This document shows positions 38,001 to 48,386 of a DNA stretch of 64,000 bases, piece after piece. The notes under the pieces are model-generated. The model saw nothing but the letters and a program-made list of their open reading frames with translations. It made no database searches and had not been told where the DNA came from. The stretch's first letter is position 1. Every line of letters begins with the position of its first letter. A program made the position numbers and the translations under genes. The stretch is from the NCBI GenBank assembly GCA_033762295.1, contig JANRLW010000064.1, positions 32,001 through 96,000 of the forward strand, in the 5' to 3' direction. This DNA comes from Capsulimonadales bacterium. GTDB taxonomy: Bacteria; Armatimonadota; Armatimonadia; Armatimonadales; Armatimonadaceae.

Positions 38001-40127
38001 TTACAGTTCGCGCGGCACCTGACGCATCTCGAAACACTCGATCACGTCGCCGACCTCGAACTGGTTGAAATCGGAGACCGTCAGACCGCACTCGTAACCG
38101 AACGTCACCTCGCGGACATCGTCGCGGAAGCGTTTCAGGGTTTCGATGTCCCCGGTGGTCAGCAGGTCCTTGCCCCGGAACACCCGCGCACGGGCATTAC
38201 GGCGAATCTGACCATCCGTGACATAGCTTCCCGCAATGGACCGTCCGCCCGGCAGTCGGAAGAGGGCGCGCACTTCGGCTTTGCCGAGGGTGGCCTCCTC
38301 GTAGATCGGCTCCATCAGGGCGACCAGGTCCTCCTTCACCGCATCGATCAACTGATAGATGATGTTAAAGGTACGGATCCGGACGTGCTCCTGCTCGGCC
38401 TTCTTATCGACCCCGTTCGCCGTCCCGACGTTGAAACCGACGACCAGGGAGTTTTTCTCATCCTGATCCTTGTCGGAGGCGGCCAGAAGAACGTCGCTTT
38501 CCGAGATCGCTCCCACGCCGGTGGAAAGAATCCGGACACGGACCTCGTCGTTCCCCAGGTTGGCGACGGCATCGCGGACAGCCTGCACCGAACCCTGAAC
38601 GTCGCCCTTGATGACGAGGTTCAGTTCCTTGGTGCCGCCGGAGAGGAGCTGCTTGTACAGGGCCTCGAGCGTCATACGTCCGCCGGACTGCAGGCGCAGG
38701 TTGCGAATGGTCTCGCCCCGTTCCTCGGCCAGCCTTCGGGCTTCGCGTTCGTCCTTGGCGACTTCCAGACGATCGCCCGGTTCCGGAACGGCGTCCAGGC
38801 CGACGATTTCCACCGGGGTGGAGGGACCTGCCTTGGACAGTTTGTTTCCGCGATCATCGGTCATCGTCCGGATCTTGCCGAAGGACGCGCCCGCCACGAC
38901 CGCATCTCCCTGGGTCAGCGTTCCCTGCTGCACCAGCACCGAGATAACCGGTCCGCGGCCCTTTTCCAGTTTGGCCTCGATCACGGTTCCCTGCGCTTTG
39001 GCGTGAGGATCGGCTTTCGGATCGACGATGGCTTCCGACACCAGAAGGATCGTATCCAGCAGGTCGTCGATTCCCTGCCCGGTTTTGGCCGAGATCGGTA
39101 CGGTCTGGACATCGCCGCCGTAGGCTTCGGGGACGAGTTCATGGCTGGTCAGGTCGATCATGACCTGGTCCGGGTTGGAATCCGGCAGGTCGATCTTGTT
39201 GATCGCCACAATGATCGGGACACCGGCATCCCTGGCGATTTTGATCGCCTCCTGGGTCTGCGGCATGATGCTGTCATTCGCGGCGATGACAATAATCACG
39301 ATATCGGTGACCGACGCGCCGCGCGACCGCATGGAGGAGAAGGCGGCGTGACCGGGCGTGTCGATAAACGTGATCCGTTGCCCGTCGCGATCGATCTGGT
39401 ACGCGCCGATATGCTGGGTGATGCCGCCCGCCTCGCGGCTGGCCACATCCGCCTTACGGATGGAGTCAAGCAGGGAGGTTTTCCCGTGGTCGACGTGTCC
39501 CATGATGGTGACGACCGGCGGTCGGGCCACCTCCTGAACCTTCCGCCCCTGAACCGCGAGCGCCTTGCTGCCGCCGGCTTTCGGCGCCGTCGGCGCTTTC
39601 CCGGTCGCAACGGGGGCTTTCTCCACGCCGGTGGCGGCGGGACTGGCAACGGGAGCCGGAGTGGCCGGTGCGGGCGTGCCGATTCGAACGGTTCGCCCGA
39701 GTTTCTGGGCGATTCGGTTGACGGCGTCCGGGGCGAGTCGCTGATTGAGCGCCGCCAGCACTCCCATGCCCATCAGGACCTTTTGCAGTTCGCTCGCGGA
39801 CATTCCCAGACGTTCCGCCAGGTCCTTCACGGTAACATTGACCGGAACATCGACCGTCTCTCCGGCCGGGGGCGCGGCCTGTGCCACCGGGGGAGGCGCT
39901 GCCGCGGGCCGTGCGCCGTTCGAGGACGCGCCATTACTCGCCCCATGGGAGGGGCGACCGGCGCCGTTCCGCGCCCCGGCGACCGCCGTACGGACCCTTC
40001 GAGCCGTATCATCGTCCAGATCGCTGGACGGACTCATCCGCTTCAACCCCATTCTGTCCAGCAGGGTTAACGTTTCCGTGTTGGACAGGTTTAATTCTTT
40101 CGCTAAATCGTATACCTTGACCGGCAT
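38001..40127 (-). CDS. infB: translation initiation factor IF-2
   Basis: RPPVVTIMGHVDHGKT, GGITQHIGAY, DTPGH, NKID, GYECG. Confidence 0.98.
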   Translation of the reverse strand: MPVKVYDLAKELNLSNTETLTLLDRMGLKRMSPSSDLDDDTARRVRTAVAGARNGAGRPSHGASNGASSNGARPAAAPPPVAQAAPPAGETVDVPVNVTVKDLAERLGMSASELQKVLMGMGVLAALNQRLAPDAVNRIAQKLGRTVRIGTPAPATPAPVASPAATGVEKAPVATGKAPTAPKAGGSKALAVQGRKVQEVARPPVVTIMGHVDHGKTSLLDSIRKADVASREAGGITQHIGAYQIDRDGQRITFIDTPGHAAFSSMRSRGASVTDIVIIVIAANDSIMPQTQEAIKIARDAGVPIIVAINKIDLPDSNPDQVMIDLTSHELVPEAYGGDVQTVPISAKTGQGIDDLLDTILLVSEAIVDPKADPHAKAQGTVIEAKLEKGRGPVISVLVQQGTLTQGDAVVAGASFGKIRTMTDDRGNKLSKAGPSTPVEIVGLDAVPEPGDRLEVAKDEREARRLAEERGETIRNLRLQSGGRMTLEALYKQLLSGGTKELNLVIKGDVQGSVQAVRDAVANLGNDEVRVRILSTGVGAISESDVLLAASDKDQDEKNSLVVGFNVGTANGVDKKAEQEHVRIRTFNIIYQLIDAVKEDLVALMEPIYEEATLGKAEVRALFRLPGGRSIAGSYVTDGQIRRNARARVFRGKDLLTTGDIETLKRFRDDVREVTFGYECGLTVSDFNQFEVGDVIECFEMRQVPREL

Positions 40128-40400
40128 ACCGGTACCTCACTTCCTGACTACGCGCTTCAGTTACTCATCAGGGAACCCCCTCTGCATAGCGCAGTTTCGA
40201 ATGGTTTTTGTGTTTTCCGAGTTGATTTCGATGGTGGTTCGGACGACGTCTCCGGGGAGAGGCGAACGAAATCGCCGCAGTACATTCCGGGAGACGCAGA
40301 GACAAGGGGACGCGCCATCGTCGCGCCCCCTGCGCCTTTTACTCTACCGCAAAATGTCGGACAACGTTACCTGTGCGGGAACGTTCTCGTATTTTTATCT

Positions 40401-40718
40401 TCAGACGTCGCCGCTCTCATTTTCTCGCACGGAGGATTGAAGCCATCCGGCCACCTCCTCCGTAATCGGCGTTTTAAGCGACCGCTCCAGCGCTTTTCGT
40501 TTGAGCGCGATGTTCACACACTCCGCCGTCGGACAGACATAAGCGCCCCGCCCACTGCGTTTGCCGGTCGGGTCGGGGGCCATGCCCCCGGCGTCGGGCA
40601 GACGGACGATTCGCAACAGACCACGCTTGCCGCCCGTGGTCCGGCAGGCGACGCAGGTACGCTGCGGTACACGCCTGGGTCGTCCCGCCGTTGCTGTCGG
40701 CGTTGTTCCCTCGTTCAC
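40401..40718 (-). CDS. ylxR: YlxR/DUF448 family protein
   Basis: PQRTCVACR...LLRIVR...GRGAYVC; between nusA and infB. Confidence 0.9.
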   Translation of the reverse strand: MNEGTTPTATAGRPRRVPQRTCVACRTTGGKRGLLRIVRLPDAGGMAPDPTGKRSGRGAYVCPTAECVNIALKRKALERSLKTPITEEVAGWLQSSVRENESGDV

Positions 40719-40744
40719 GGCCGTCTCCCTCCGGATACGGAGTC

Positions 40745-41911
40745 TCACTTTTCGTTGTCGAAATCGCCGAAAGTGATCGGTGGCAGCATGGATTCGGTGT
40801 CCGGGTCCTCGTCCGCGATGGCCAGGGCGGCGGCGGCATCCAGGAACGCCTGTTTCGCCACCTGCGATTCCGACCGGATATCGATGCGCCATCCGGTGAG
40901 ACGGGCGGCGAGGCGGACGTTCTGTCCGGCTTTCCCGATCGCGAGCGAAAGCTGATTGTCCGGAACGACGACAAAGGCGGACTTGGTGTCCTCGTTCAAC
41001 TGAACGGACGAAACGCGTGCCGGCGACAGCGACTCGGTGATGAACTGCCGGTTGTCCGCACTCCAACGAACGATATCGATCTTTTCGTCGAACAGTTCAT
41101 TGACGACCGCCTGAACCCGCGCCCCGCGATGTCCGACGCACGAACCGACGGCGTCGACCCGGTCATCCCGGGACGCCACCGCGATCTTGGAACGCTGGCC
41201 CGGTTCGCGCGCCACCGACTTGATGGTCACGATCCCGTCATGGATCTCCGGCACCTCCAGTTCGAACAGGCGGCGAATCAACGACGGATGGGTTCGCGAG
41301 ACGATGACCTGCGGCTCCTTGGAGGTCTTGCGCACCTCCACGACGAAGACTTTCACCCGGTCGTTGAAGTGGTACCGTTCCGAGGCGACCTGCTCCTTCA
41401 TCGGCAAAATGGCTTCCAGCTTACCGAGAGCGATACGGACGTTACCACCTTCCCGACGCGACACCGTGCCGGTCAACACCTCGCCGACCTTGTCATTGTA
41501 CTCGTCGAAAACCTTGTCACGTTCCGCCTCGCGGATACGCTGCATGATGACCTGCTTCGCCGTCAGCGCGGCGATGCGTCCGATACGTTCAAAGTCCTTG
41601 GGAGCAAGCAGCTCCTCCACGGTGCCGCCCGGTTCCGCATTCGGATCGAGTTTCCGCGCGTTCTCGAGCGTCATTTCACCGTGCGGATTGGAGACCGTCT
41701 CCGATACCGTCAGGACGCGGAAGACCTTCAGCGATTTGGAAGTGGCCGACGAGCTGCCGGCATCGACCCGGAGGCGGACCTCCTGCTCGGTGCCGTAGCT
41801 TTTCTTATAGGCGGTGACCAGAGCCGATTCGAGGGCGCCGACCAGCACCTCGAAGGAGATATCCTTCTCCCGCTCGATCTGCCGCAATGCTTCGATAAAT
41901 TCTGCGTTCAT
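40745..41911 (-). CDS. nusA: transcription termination factor NusA
   Basis: GRIAALTAKQ, SRTHP, AREPG.RSKIAV, SLAIGKAGQNVRLAARLTGWRIDI. Confidence 0.98.
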   Translation of the reverse strand: MNAEFIEALRQIEREKDISFEVLVGALESALVTAYKKSYGTEQEVRLRVDAGSSSATSKSLKVFRVLTVSETVSNPHGEMTLENARKLDPNAEPGGTVEELLAPKDFERIGRIAALTAKQVIMQRIREAERDKVFDEYNDKVGEVLTGTVSRREGGNVRIALGKLEAILPMKEQVASERYHFNDRVKVFVVEVRKTSKEPQVIVSRTHPSLIRRLFELEVPEIHDGIVTIKSVAREPGQRSKIAVASRDDRVDAVGSCVGHRGARVQAVVNELFDEKIDIVRWSADNRQFITESLSPARVSSVQLNEDTKSAFVVVPDNQLSLAIGKAGQNVRLAARLTGWRIDIRSESQVAKQAFLDAAAALAIADEDPDTESMLPPITFGDFDNEK

Positions 41912-42115
41912 ACCTTGCCCGGCTCTCCTCCCCTGTGCGGACGTTTCGGCCCGGATAGTAAGCGTCCTCGAACCACCCTGTACGCCTGTATGAAACGGCC
42001 TGAAATCCGGTGCTGCACGCCGAAAAGGACAAACAAAACCCGGTCACGCCTGACCGGGGTAAAACTACGCAAAACCCGCTGCTTCGCCACCGAAAAGCGA
42101 GCCTCATCATTACGA

Positions 42116-42141
42116 CAAAAGAGCGGGCCAAAGCCCACTCT
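42116..42141 (-). promoter_or_regulatory. rimP/nusA leader-like hairpin
   Basis: AGAGTGGGC-tttg-GCCCGCTCT followed by TTTG, ~210 bp upstream of nusA. Confidence 0.65.
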
Positions 42142-42226
42142 TCATCAATCGGACGATGATGGACATCCGCGACCTCTGCCGACGGATGAGATAAGGTGGC
42201 GACGTTGCGCGAACTGCCAGTACCGT

Positions 42227-42235
42227 ATTATACCA
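42227..42235 (-). promoter_or_regulatory. extended -10 promoter of nusA operon
   Basis: TGgTATAAT on minus strand upstream of the leader hairpin. Confidence 0.55.
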
Positions 42236-42410
42236 AGGGAAAACTTCCCCCGCAAATGCCGCGTTCCCGCGAGGTATCGGACGGCGAACGGAACGACCGT
42301 AGGAGCAGGGCGGTATAGTGTCCTGTGGATTGTCCTGATGAGTGTTTTGTGTTCGGTCCGCGCCGGACAACGGACACGGACGCCGCCACAGGACGGAAGG
42401 AGAAAGGAAA

Positions 42411-43169
42411 ATGAGACTGCACACCGCCATTGGTTTGCCGGTCGTCGGTTTTTTCGTCGCGACGTTCGGTACCCCTGTATCCGTGTCGGCGCAGCCACCG
42501 GTCCCATCGGTTTCGATCGTCGAACGGTCGTCCGTGCCGGCGATCGTGGCGAGCGGCTCGGGCGAGGTGAATATAACGCCGAGCCTTGCGTACATCACCC
42601 TCGGAGTGGAAACCCGTGATGCCGATTCCGCCAGGGCAAGCACGCAAAACGCCGGGCGGATGGAACAGGTGATGAAAGTGATTCGCTCCCTGGGGGTCGC
42701 CGAAAAGGACCTGCAAACGGTCGGCTACAATATCTATCAGACCAACCAGACCGGAGCGAACGGAAAGCCGGAACGGAACTTTTACGTCGTCACGAACAGC
42801 GTCCGGGTCACCGTCCGTAAACTCGCCGACGTCGGGCGCATTATCGATGCCGCGACCCAAGTAGGAGCCAATGTCGCCGACGGCATCCGACTGGATGCGG
42901 AGGACGCGGCGAAGGAACAGGCGTACGACGAGGCCCTGGAAAAGGCGGTCGCCGCCGCTCTGCGCAAGGCGAGAACGATGGCGCGGGCGGGGAACGTCAC
43001 CTTACAGCGCCTGGTGGAGGTGACCGAGGAGGCGCGCGATATCGCCGTGCCGATGCCCGCGATGGCGATGGAACGGTTTTCGAAAGCGGAGACGCCGATT
43101 GCGGGAGGGGAACTGACCGTCCGGGCGAATGTTACCGTCCGGTATGCCATCGGCGGAACGGGTTTGTAG
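42411..43169 (+). CDS. SIMPL/DUF541 family periplasmic protein
   Basis: Signal peptide, SGSGEV...LGVET, GAN, AV..A..KA..MA, PI..GE..V.ANVTV.Y. Confidence 0.9.
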   Translation: MRLHTAIGLPVVGFFVATFGTPVSVSAQPPVPSVSIVERSSVPAIVASGSGEVNITPSLAYITLGVETRDADSARASTQNAGRMEQVMKVIRSLGVAEKDLQTVGYNIYQTNQTGANGKPERNFYVVTNSVRVTVRKLADVGRIIDAATQVGANVADGIRLDAEDAAKEQAYDEALEKAVAAALRKARTMARAGNVTLQRLVEVTEEARDIAVPMPAMAMERFSKAETPIAGGELTVRANVTVRYAIGGTGL

Positions 43170-43218
43170 CAGGTCGCGCGGGGACCGGTAAAGTGGGGTA
43201 GGTCCCCGCGCATTTCCG

Positions 43219-44295
43219 TCAGAACGTGATCGTCCGACCGGTTTCAGCGGACGTGTAGATCGCTTCGAGCACCTCGGAGACGACGCAAGCCTGCTCGGGC
43301 AGGATCGTCAGCGGAGTGCCGTTCAGAATCGCCGAAACAAAGACCGCCATCTCGGTGTTCTCCGGTCGTTCGGGAGTCGCGTCGTAAAACGCCACGCCCT
43401 TGCCGCCCAGCTGGACCTCGTTGACATAAAGCTTGCTGTGCTTCTCGCCGTTGATGAAGAGGCCGCCCTTCATGTCCGCGCCGGCTTCCGATCCGTAGAG
43501 GGTGCACTTCGCTTCGTCGGTTTCACGGGCGTTGAGCGCCCAGGAGGATTCCAGGAAGATGGTCGCGCCGTTCTTCATCTTGATGAAGCCGAAGGCCGAG
43601 TCCTCGACCGTGTACACCTTCGGGTCCCAGGAACCCCACGCGTTGGCGGCGTTCTCACGATCCGCCAGCTTGCGGTAGACGGAACCGGTAACGGAGGCGA
43701 CCTCATAGTTATCCATCAGCCAGAGGGTCAGGTCAAGGGCGTGCGTGCCGATATCGATCAGCGGACCGCCGCCCTGCTTTTCGGCATCGAGGAACACGCC
43801 CCAGGTCGGAACGGCGCGTCGGCGGACGGCGTGCGCCTTGGCCATATAGATTTCGCCCAGTTCGCCCTCGCTGATAATCCGTTTCAGGTACTGGCTGTCG
43901 GCGCGATAGCGGGACTGGTAACCGACGGTCAGAATTTTGCCGGTACGCTTCGACGCCTCGACCATCGCGCGGGCGTCCGAGGCGGTCTTGGCCATCGGTT
44001 TCTCGGTCAGGACATGGAGACCCGCTTCCATCGCGGCGATCGCGATCTCGGCGTGCGAGTTGTTCGGCGTACAGACGTTGACGGCGTCCACCAGGCCCGA
44101 GGTAAGGAGTTCCCGATAATCGATGAACGATTTCGCGCCCTCGACGCCGTATTTCTGTGCGGCATCGACCGCCTTCTCCACCTCGATATCGCAAAATGCG
44201 GTCATCTCGACATTGTTCTGTCGTTTCAATGCGGGCATATGCTTGCCGTGGGCGATTCCGCCACAGCCAATGATTCCGATCCGTACCTTTTCCAT
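43219..44295 (-). CDS. Gfo/Idh/MocA family oxidoreductase
   Basis: IGIIGCGGIA, CTPN, EKPMA, GGGPLIDIGTH. Confidence 0.93.
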   Translation of the reverse strand: MEKVRIGIIGCGGIAHGKHMPALKRQNNVEMTAFCDIEVEKAVDAAQKYGVEGAKSFIDYRELLTSGLVDAVNVCTPNNSHAEIAIAAMEAGLHVLTEKPMAKTASDARAMVEASKRTGKILTVGYQSRYRADSQYLKRIISEGELGEIYMAKAHAVRRRAVPTWGVFLDAEKQGGGPLIDIGTHALDLTLWLMDNYEVASVTGSVYRKLADRENAANAWGSWDPKVYTVEDSAFGFIKMKNGATIFLESSWALNARETDEAKCTLYGSEAGADMKGGLFINGEKHSKLYVNEVQLGGKGVAFYDATPERPENTEMAVFVSAILNGTPLTILPEQACVVSEVLEAIYTSAETGRTITF

Positions 44296-44430
44296 AGACA
44301 CAGGTCCTCTCTTGGGTAACGACGTAATATTCTCCGGAGAAAAGCGGTTTCCTTCCCGGTCGGAATGCCAGAGGGCAGTTTCCGGGAACCGATCCGGCGA
44401 CCGGGCCATACCGTTGGCAGGAGGGTTATC

Positions 44431-45405
44431 ATGAAGGCTGTTCGCGTACATGAGTTCGGCGGGCCGGAGGTTTTGCGGCTGGAGGAGATGGCGGACCCGA
44501 CGCCGGGGCCGGGATATGTCGTCATCGACGTCCGTGCGGTCGGAGTCAACCCGGTCGACGCCTATATTCGCAGCGGGAACTACGGACGCAACCGTCCGCT
44601 GCCGTATACGCCGGGAAGTGACGCTGCCGGGGTCGTCAGCGCGGTCGGCGAGGGCGTGACCAACGTGGCGGTCGGAGATCGTGTCTATACCGCCGGAACG
44701 CTGACCGGCGCCTATGCGGAAAAAACCTGCGCCGAGGCCGCCAGCGTGTACCGATTCCCCGATCAACTGACCTTTGCTCAGGCGGCGGGAATCAATGTGC
44801 CGTATGCCACCGCCTACCGTGCGCTGATTCAGCGGGCGCACGCCGTCGCCGGAGAGACGGTGCTGGTCCATGGCGCGTCCGGCGGCGTCGGAATCGCCTC
44901 GCTGCAGATCGCGCGCGCCCTCGGCCTGACCGTCGTCGGAACCGCGGGAACCGCGGAAGGACGCGAACTGGTTCTGCGGGAAGGCGCTCACGCCGCCTTT
45001 GATCATCGAGCCGATGGGTACCTCGAGGCCGCCGTGAAGGAAACGACCGGAGGAAAAGGGTTCGATGTCATTCTGGAGATGCTGGCGAATATCAATCTGG
45101 CAAAGGATCTGACCGCGCTCGCTCCCTTCGGGCGCGTGGTTGTGATCGGGAACCGGGGGACGATCGAAATCAATCCGCGCGAGACGATGAGCCGGGACGC
45201 CGCCATTCTGGGGATGTCTCTGTTTAACGTCCCGACGACCGAACTGCGCAGCATCCATGCCGCCCTGTTTGCCGGATTCGAAAACGGGACGCTCCGCCCC
45301 GTCGTCGGCCGGGAACTGCCGCTGTCCGCCGCCGCGCAGGCGCACGTCGATATTCTGTCGACGACCGGGGCGCACGGCAAGATCGTTCTGATTCCCGGTG
45401 CCTGA
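44431..45405 (+). CDS. NADPH:quinone reductase (zeta-crystallin-like MDR)
   Basis: GVNPVD, PGSDAAG, HGASGGVG, GKIVL. Confidence 0.92.
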   Translation: MKAVRVHEFGGPEVLRLEEMADPTPGPGYVVIDVRAVGVNPVDAYIRSGNYGRNRPLPYTPGSDAAGVVSAVGEGVTNVAVGDRVYTAGTLTGAYAEKTCAEAASVYRFPDQLTFAQAAGINVPYATAYRALIQRAHAVAGETVLVHGASGGVGIASLQIARALGLTVVGTAGTAEGRELVLREGAHAAFDHRADGYLEAAVKETTGGKGFDVILEMLANINLAKDLTALAPFGRVVVIGNRGTIEINPRETMSRDAAILGMSLFNVPTTELRSIHAALFAGFENGTLRPVVGRELPLSAAAQAHVDILSTTGAHGKIVLIPGA

Positions 45406-45477
45406 ACCGAACGCGGAACGGACGGCCGAACCGCCCGCCTCGGTTACCGGGTGGGCGGCGACCGGCATACGTCGGTG

Positions 45478-46095
45478 TCAGACGCCGACGGGCGTCCTGG
45501 CGGAAACCGTCTCCTCGCGGCGTTTCACCTCGCGATACGCGGTGGCGAAGGCCGGAATGAAGCGCGATTCCCGTTCGAAGATCGTCAACTGTCGTTCGGG
45601 AGCGACCGTCAGCAGATCGGGCGGGACCGTATCGGCTGTGCGGCGCACCACGCCCTGCATCACCGCGAACGATTCCCGGAACGCCGGGAACGCCAGGTCC
45701 AGCGTCACCGTACAGGCGTTGACATGGCCCAGTGTCGTCCAGGCCGTCGCCGTTTCATACCGTTTTTGATAGTCACGGACCCTGCCCGGACTGTCCGTTA
45801 CCAGGACGCCCGGCAGGTCGATGTCCGTCGGGTCGCAGAAAACGACCACATACATCGTCCGATCGCGCAAAACGCCCTTGATCTCGCCGGCGTTCAGCGC
45901 AATATCGAAAACGGAATGAAGCGTTCGGACCGGGGAGTCGGCGCTGTCGCCGGTCAACCGCACGACGAGGAACTGTCGGTCGTCCGCCGGCGTCCGGAGG
46001 GTATCCGTCGCGGAACACTCCTCGCTGCGCACGATCCTTTCCGGAGCGCAAAGGCTCTCGCAAAGACTTACCCATTGTACGACAAAGTCACGCAT
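45478..46095 (-). CDS. hypothetical protein
   Basis: ORF with host-like codon usage and AG-rich RBS before MRDF; no motif. Confidence 0.5.
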   Translation of the reverse strand: MRDFVVQWVSLCESLCAPERIVRSEECSATDTLRTPADDRQFLVVRLTGDSADSPVRTLHSVFDIALNAGEIKGVLRDRTMYVVVFCDPTDIDLPGVLVTDSPGRVRDYQKRYETATAWTTLGHVNACTVTLDLAFPAFRESFAVMQGVVRRTADTVPPDLLTVAPERQLTIFERESRFIPAFATAYREVKRREETVSARTPVGV

Positions 46096-46313
46096 CGTCA
46101 CTTCTTCCTTTCGCAACATTACCAATCCTAGTATTGCCCTCTCGTTCGCCCGGCGAATCCGCCAATTGCCGGATTGAGGCCGGATGAAGTTCGGTGGGAG
46201 ACTCGGAGGGAGACCCGGAAATCCGCCGACGGAGGGACGTAGAGGCCGTTTGACAGCGAGACAATACGGTAACAATGGCGTCATTTGCCATCTCGAAAGC
46301 GAGGAAAAGGGTG

Positions 46314-47252
46314 ATGCAAACGGTACTCGGTGTGGACGGACGTTGTGGCGACAGGGTAGCCGCACAACTCTTACGACGGTTGGCGTTTCCCCATCCGGAC
46401 TGTGATGTGGTCAATGTGGTCGAATCGCTGCCGTTCCCCTGGTGGGGAGCCGGGGAAATGTCCTCCCCGGATGTGGTCGAGAAACTCCTGGAGGATCAGG
46501 AGGAGCGGGGGGCCGCGATTGTCTCCGATGCCAGCAAACTGATCGCTTCGACTTCGGCGCGGGTGCGAACGCTCGTTCGGCGTGGCGGCGCGGCGGACCA
46601 GTTAATGAGTCATGCGGACGAGATCAACGCCGATCTGATCGCGATCGCCGGATCGTCCCATACCAATCTGGGCGCGTTTCTGACCGGAAGCGTCGGACGA
46701 AGCCTGGTGCTCGGAGCGAAGCAAAGCTTGCTGATCGCCAAGGGAACCGCGGACAGTAGCCGTCCGTTGCGCGCCGTGCTGGCGACGGACCATTCGAGAT
46801 ATATGGACGAGTGCATCGAACTGCTGGCGCGATTCGCTCCGCAGGGGGCGGAGAATATCACCCTGCTGACCGCCTATCCGAAGTCCTATACGGAAGCGAT
46901 CCGCGCGTTCCTGCCGGAATTCATCCGGGACCCCGCCGCCTGGATTCGGGAAGGCATCGAACGGCGCAGCAGCGAGATCGCCGAACGGCTCAAACCGCTC
47001 GGAGCCACCGTCGATTTCCGCGTCAGCGATCTGAATCCGAATGAGGCGATCAAGCAGGTCATGGAGCAAAAGGAGGCGGACCTTCTGATTCTCGGGTCGC
47101 GCGGCCATGGTGGGCTGGAACGTATCCTGCTCGGAAGCGTGGCCTTTCATCAGGTCATCGGCGAACCGTATTCGACGCTGGTTTTGCGGGCACCGATAAA
47201 GGAACGCGCTCCGGAACCGAAACAGGCATCGGAAATGCCGATTCTCATCTGA
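46314..47252 (+). CDS. tandem universal stress protein
   Basis: Two Usp domains: LGVDG...ADLIAI...GSVG and ATDHS...ADLLILGSRGHG...LLGSVA. Confidence 0.9.
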   Translation: MQTVLGVDGRCGDRVAAQLLRRLAFPHPDCDVVNVVESLPFPWWGAGEMSSPDVVEKLLEDQEERGAAIVSDASKLIASTSARVRTLVRRGGAADQLMSHADEINADLIAIAGSSHTNLGAFLTGSVGRSLVLGAKQSLLIAKGTADSSRPLRAVLATDHSRYMDECIELLARFAPQGAENITLLTAYPKSYTEAIRAFLPEFIRDPAAWIREGIERRSSEIAERLKPLGATVDFRVSDLNPNEAIKQVMEQKEADLLILGSRGHGGLERILLGSVAFHQVIGEPYSTLVLRAPIKERAPEPKQASEMPILI

Positions 47253-47265
47253 CCCGATCAAGGAC

Positions 47266-47292
47266 GCCCGGATACCTTTTCGGTATCCGGGC
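47266..47292 (+). terminator. intrinsic terminator
   Basis: GCCCGGATACC-tttt-cGGTATCCGGGC followed by a T-rich tract. Confidence 0.7.
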
Positions 47293-47531
47293 GTATTTTG
47301 ATTTTTTGGAAAGCGTTCTGATTCCCCAACTTTCTTCCGGTCGTTCCCCGTTCATTAATGGCCATGCTTTGTTTCCGTGATTTTGGACATCGATCGCGGT
47401 ATCCCCGAAAATAGGCCGCACACAACGACCGTTTTTTCCGTTCAATACCCGGATGAGAAGGTTCCCAACCGCTCATACCCCGAATCGGCCGGCGCAGTGA
47501 CGGTTCGATACACGGAAGAAAGGAAATCCCT

Positions 47532-48368
47532 GTGAACTCATTTGAGGAGTTGATGCGAAGCCCTCTGCAACGTCGCGCATTTTTGACGCGAATGACCGCC
47601 GCGGGCCTCGGAAGCGCCGCCGTCGCGCTTCTTTCCGGCTGCGGCAGCCGAAGCGGTACGCTTTACCCGTCCCCGTTCACCGACCCCACCAACTTCCCCG
47701 GAATTCCGGGTCGCAACGCCGATGAGACGGTGCTGAATTATGCCCTGACCCTCGAAATTCTGGAAGCGGACCTGTACCGACAGGCGCTGAATCTGGCTTC
47801 CGGACGCTCCGTCGGCACCGCGCTGGACCCGACGCTGCCCGCCGGACCGACCGGTACGGGCAGCTACCGCCTCGCCGTCAGCCCGGGCGGCATCGCGGCG
47901 GATCGGGTCGCACCGGCGTTCGCCTACCTCGTACAGTACGCCTACGTGGAAGCGGCGCACCGTGACTTCCTGCAAACCGCGCTTGCTTCCCTCGGCGCGC
48001 CGGTCGCCCGCCCCAATGCGCAGGGGTATCGCGCCGACTTCGGCACCACCCTGGAATCGATTCTCACGGTGATCTATGCCATCGAGGAGACGGGGGTACG
48101 CGCCTACCTCGGCGCGGCGGGCTTTATGAACGATCCGCAACTGCTCACGACGGCCGTCGCCATTCATTCGACGGAGGCGCGGCATTCCGGCGCGGTCGCC
48201 TACGTTCTCGGACTCCCCGTCGGACCTCGATACCTGGGGGGCGATCGAAACGCGCTCAATCAGGCGCAATCGCCCAACCCGAGTCCCTATGGGGAAAACA
48301 CCTTCCAGTACTATCTGGAACCGAGGACCGTGCTGCAGGCCGTGCGCCCGTTCATCGTCGGAGCGTAA
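47532..48368 (+). CDS. ferritin-like domain protein, Tat-signal (lipo)protein
   Basis: RRAFL twin-arginine, LLSGC, LNYALTLE.LEADLY, EAAH, EETGV.AY.GA, EARH. Confidence 0.85.
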   Translation: MNSFEELMRSPLQRRAFLTRMTAAGLGSAAVALLSGCGSRSGTLYPSPFTDPTNFPGIPGRNADETVLNYALTLEILEADLYRQALNLASGRSVGTALDPTLPAGPTGTGSYRLAVSPGGIAADRVAPAFAYLVQYAYVEAAHRDFLQTALASLGAPVARPNAQGYRADFGTTLESILTVIYAIEETGVRAYLGAAGFMNDPQLLTTAVAIHSTEARHSGAVAYVLGLPVGPRYLGGDRNALNQAQSPNPSPYGENTFQYYLEPRTVLQAVRPFIVGA

Positions 48369-48386
48369 AGGAAAGGAAAGAAGATT

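Noticed and set aside
37980..40070. Long antisense ORFs (e.g. 37980-40070, 24221-25789, 591-2054, 6422-8395, 40691-42619)
   Set aside because: Shadow frames of real genes in GC-rich DNA; no motifs.
43219..45468. 749-aa fusion ORF
   Set aside because: The N-terminal half is antisense to the quinone reductase; the real gene starts at 44295.
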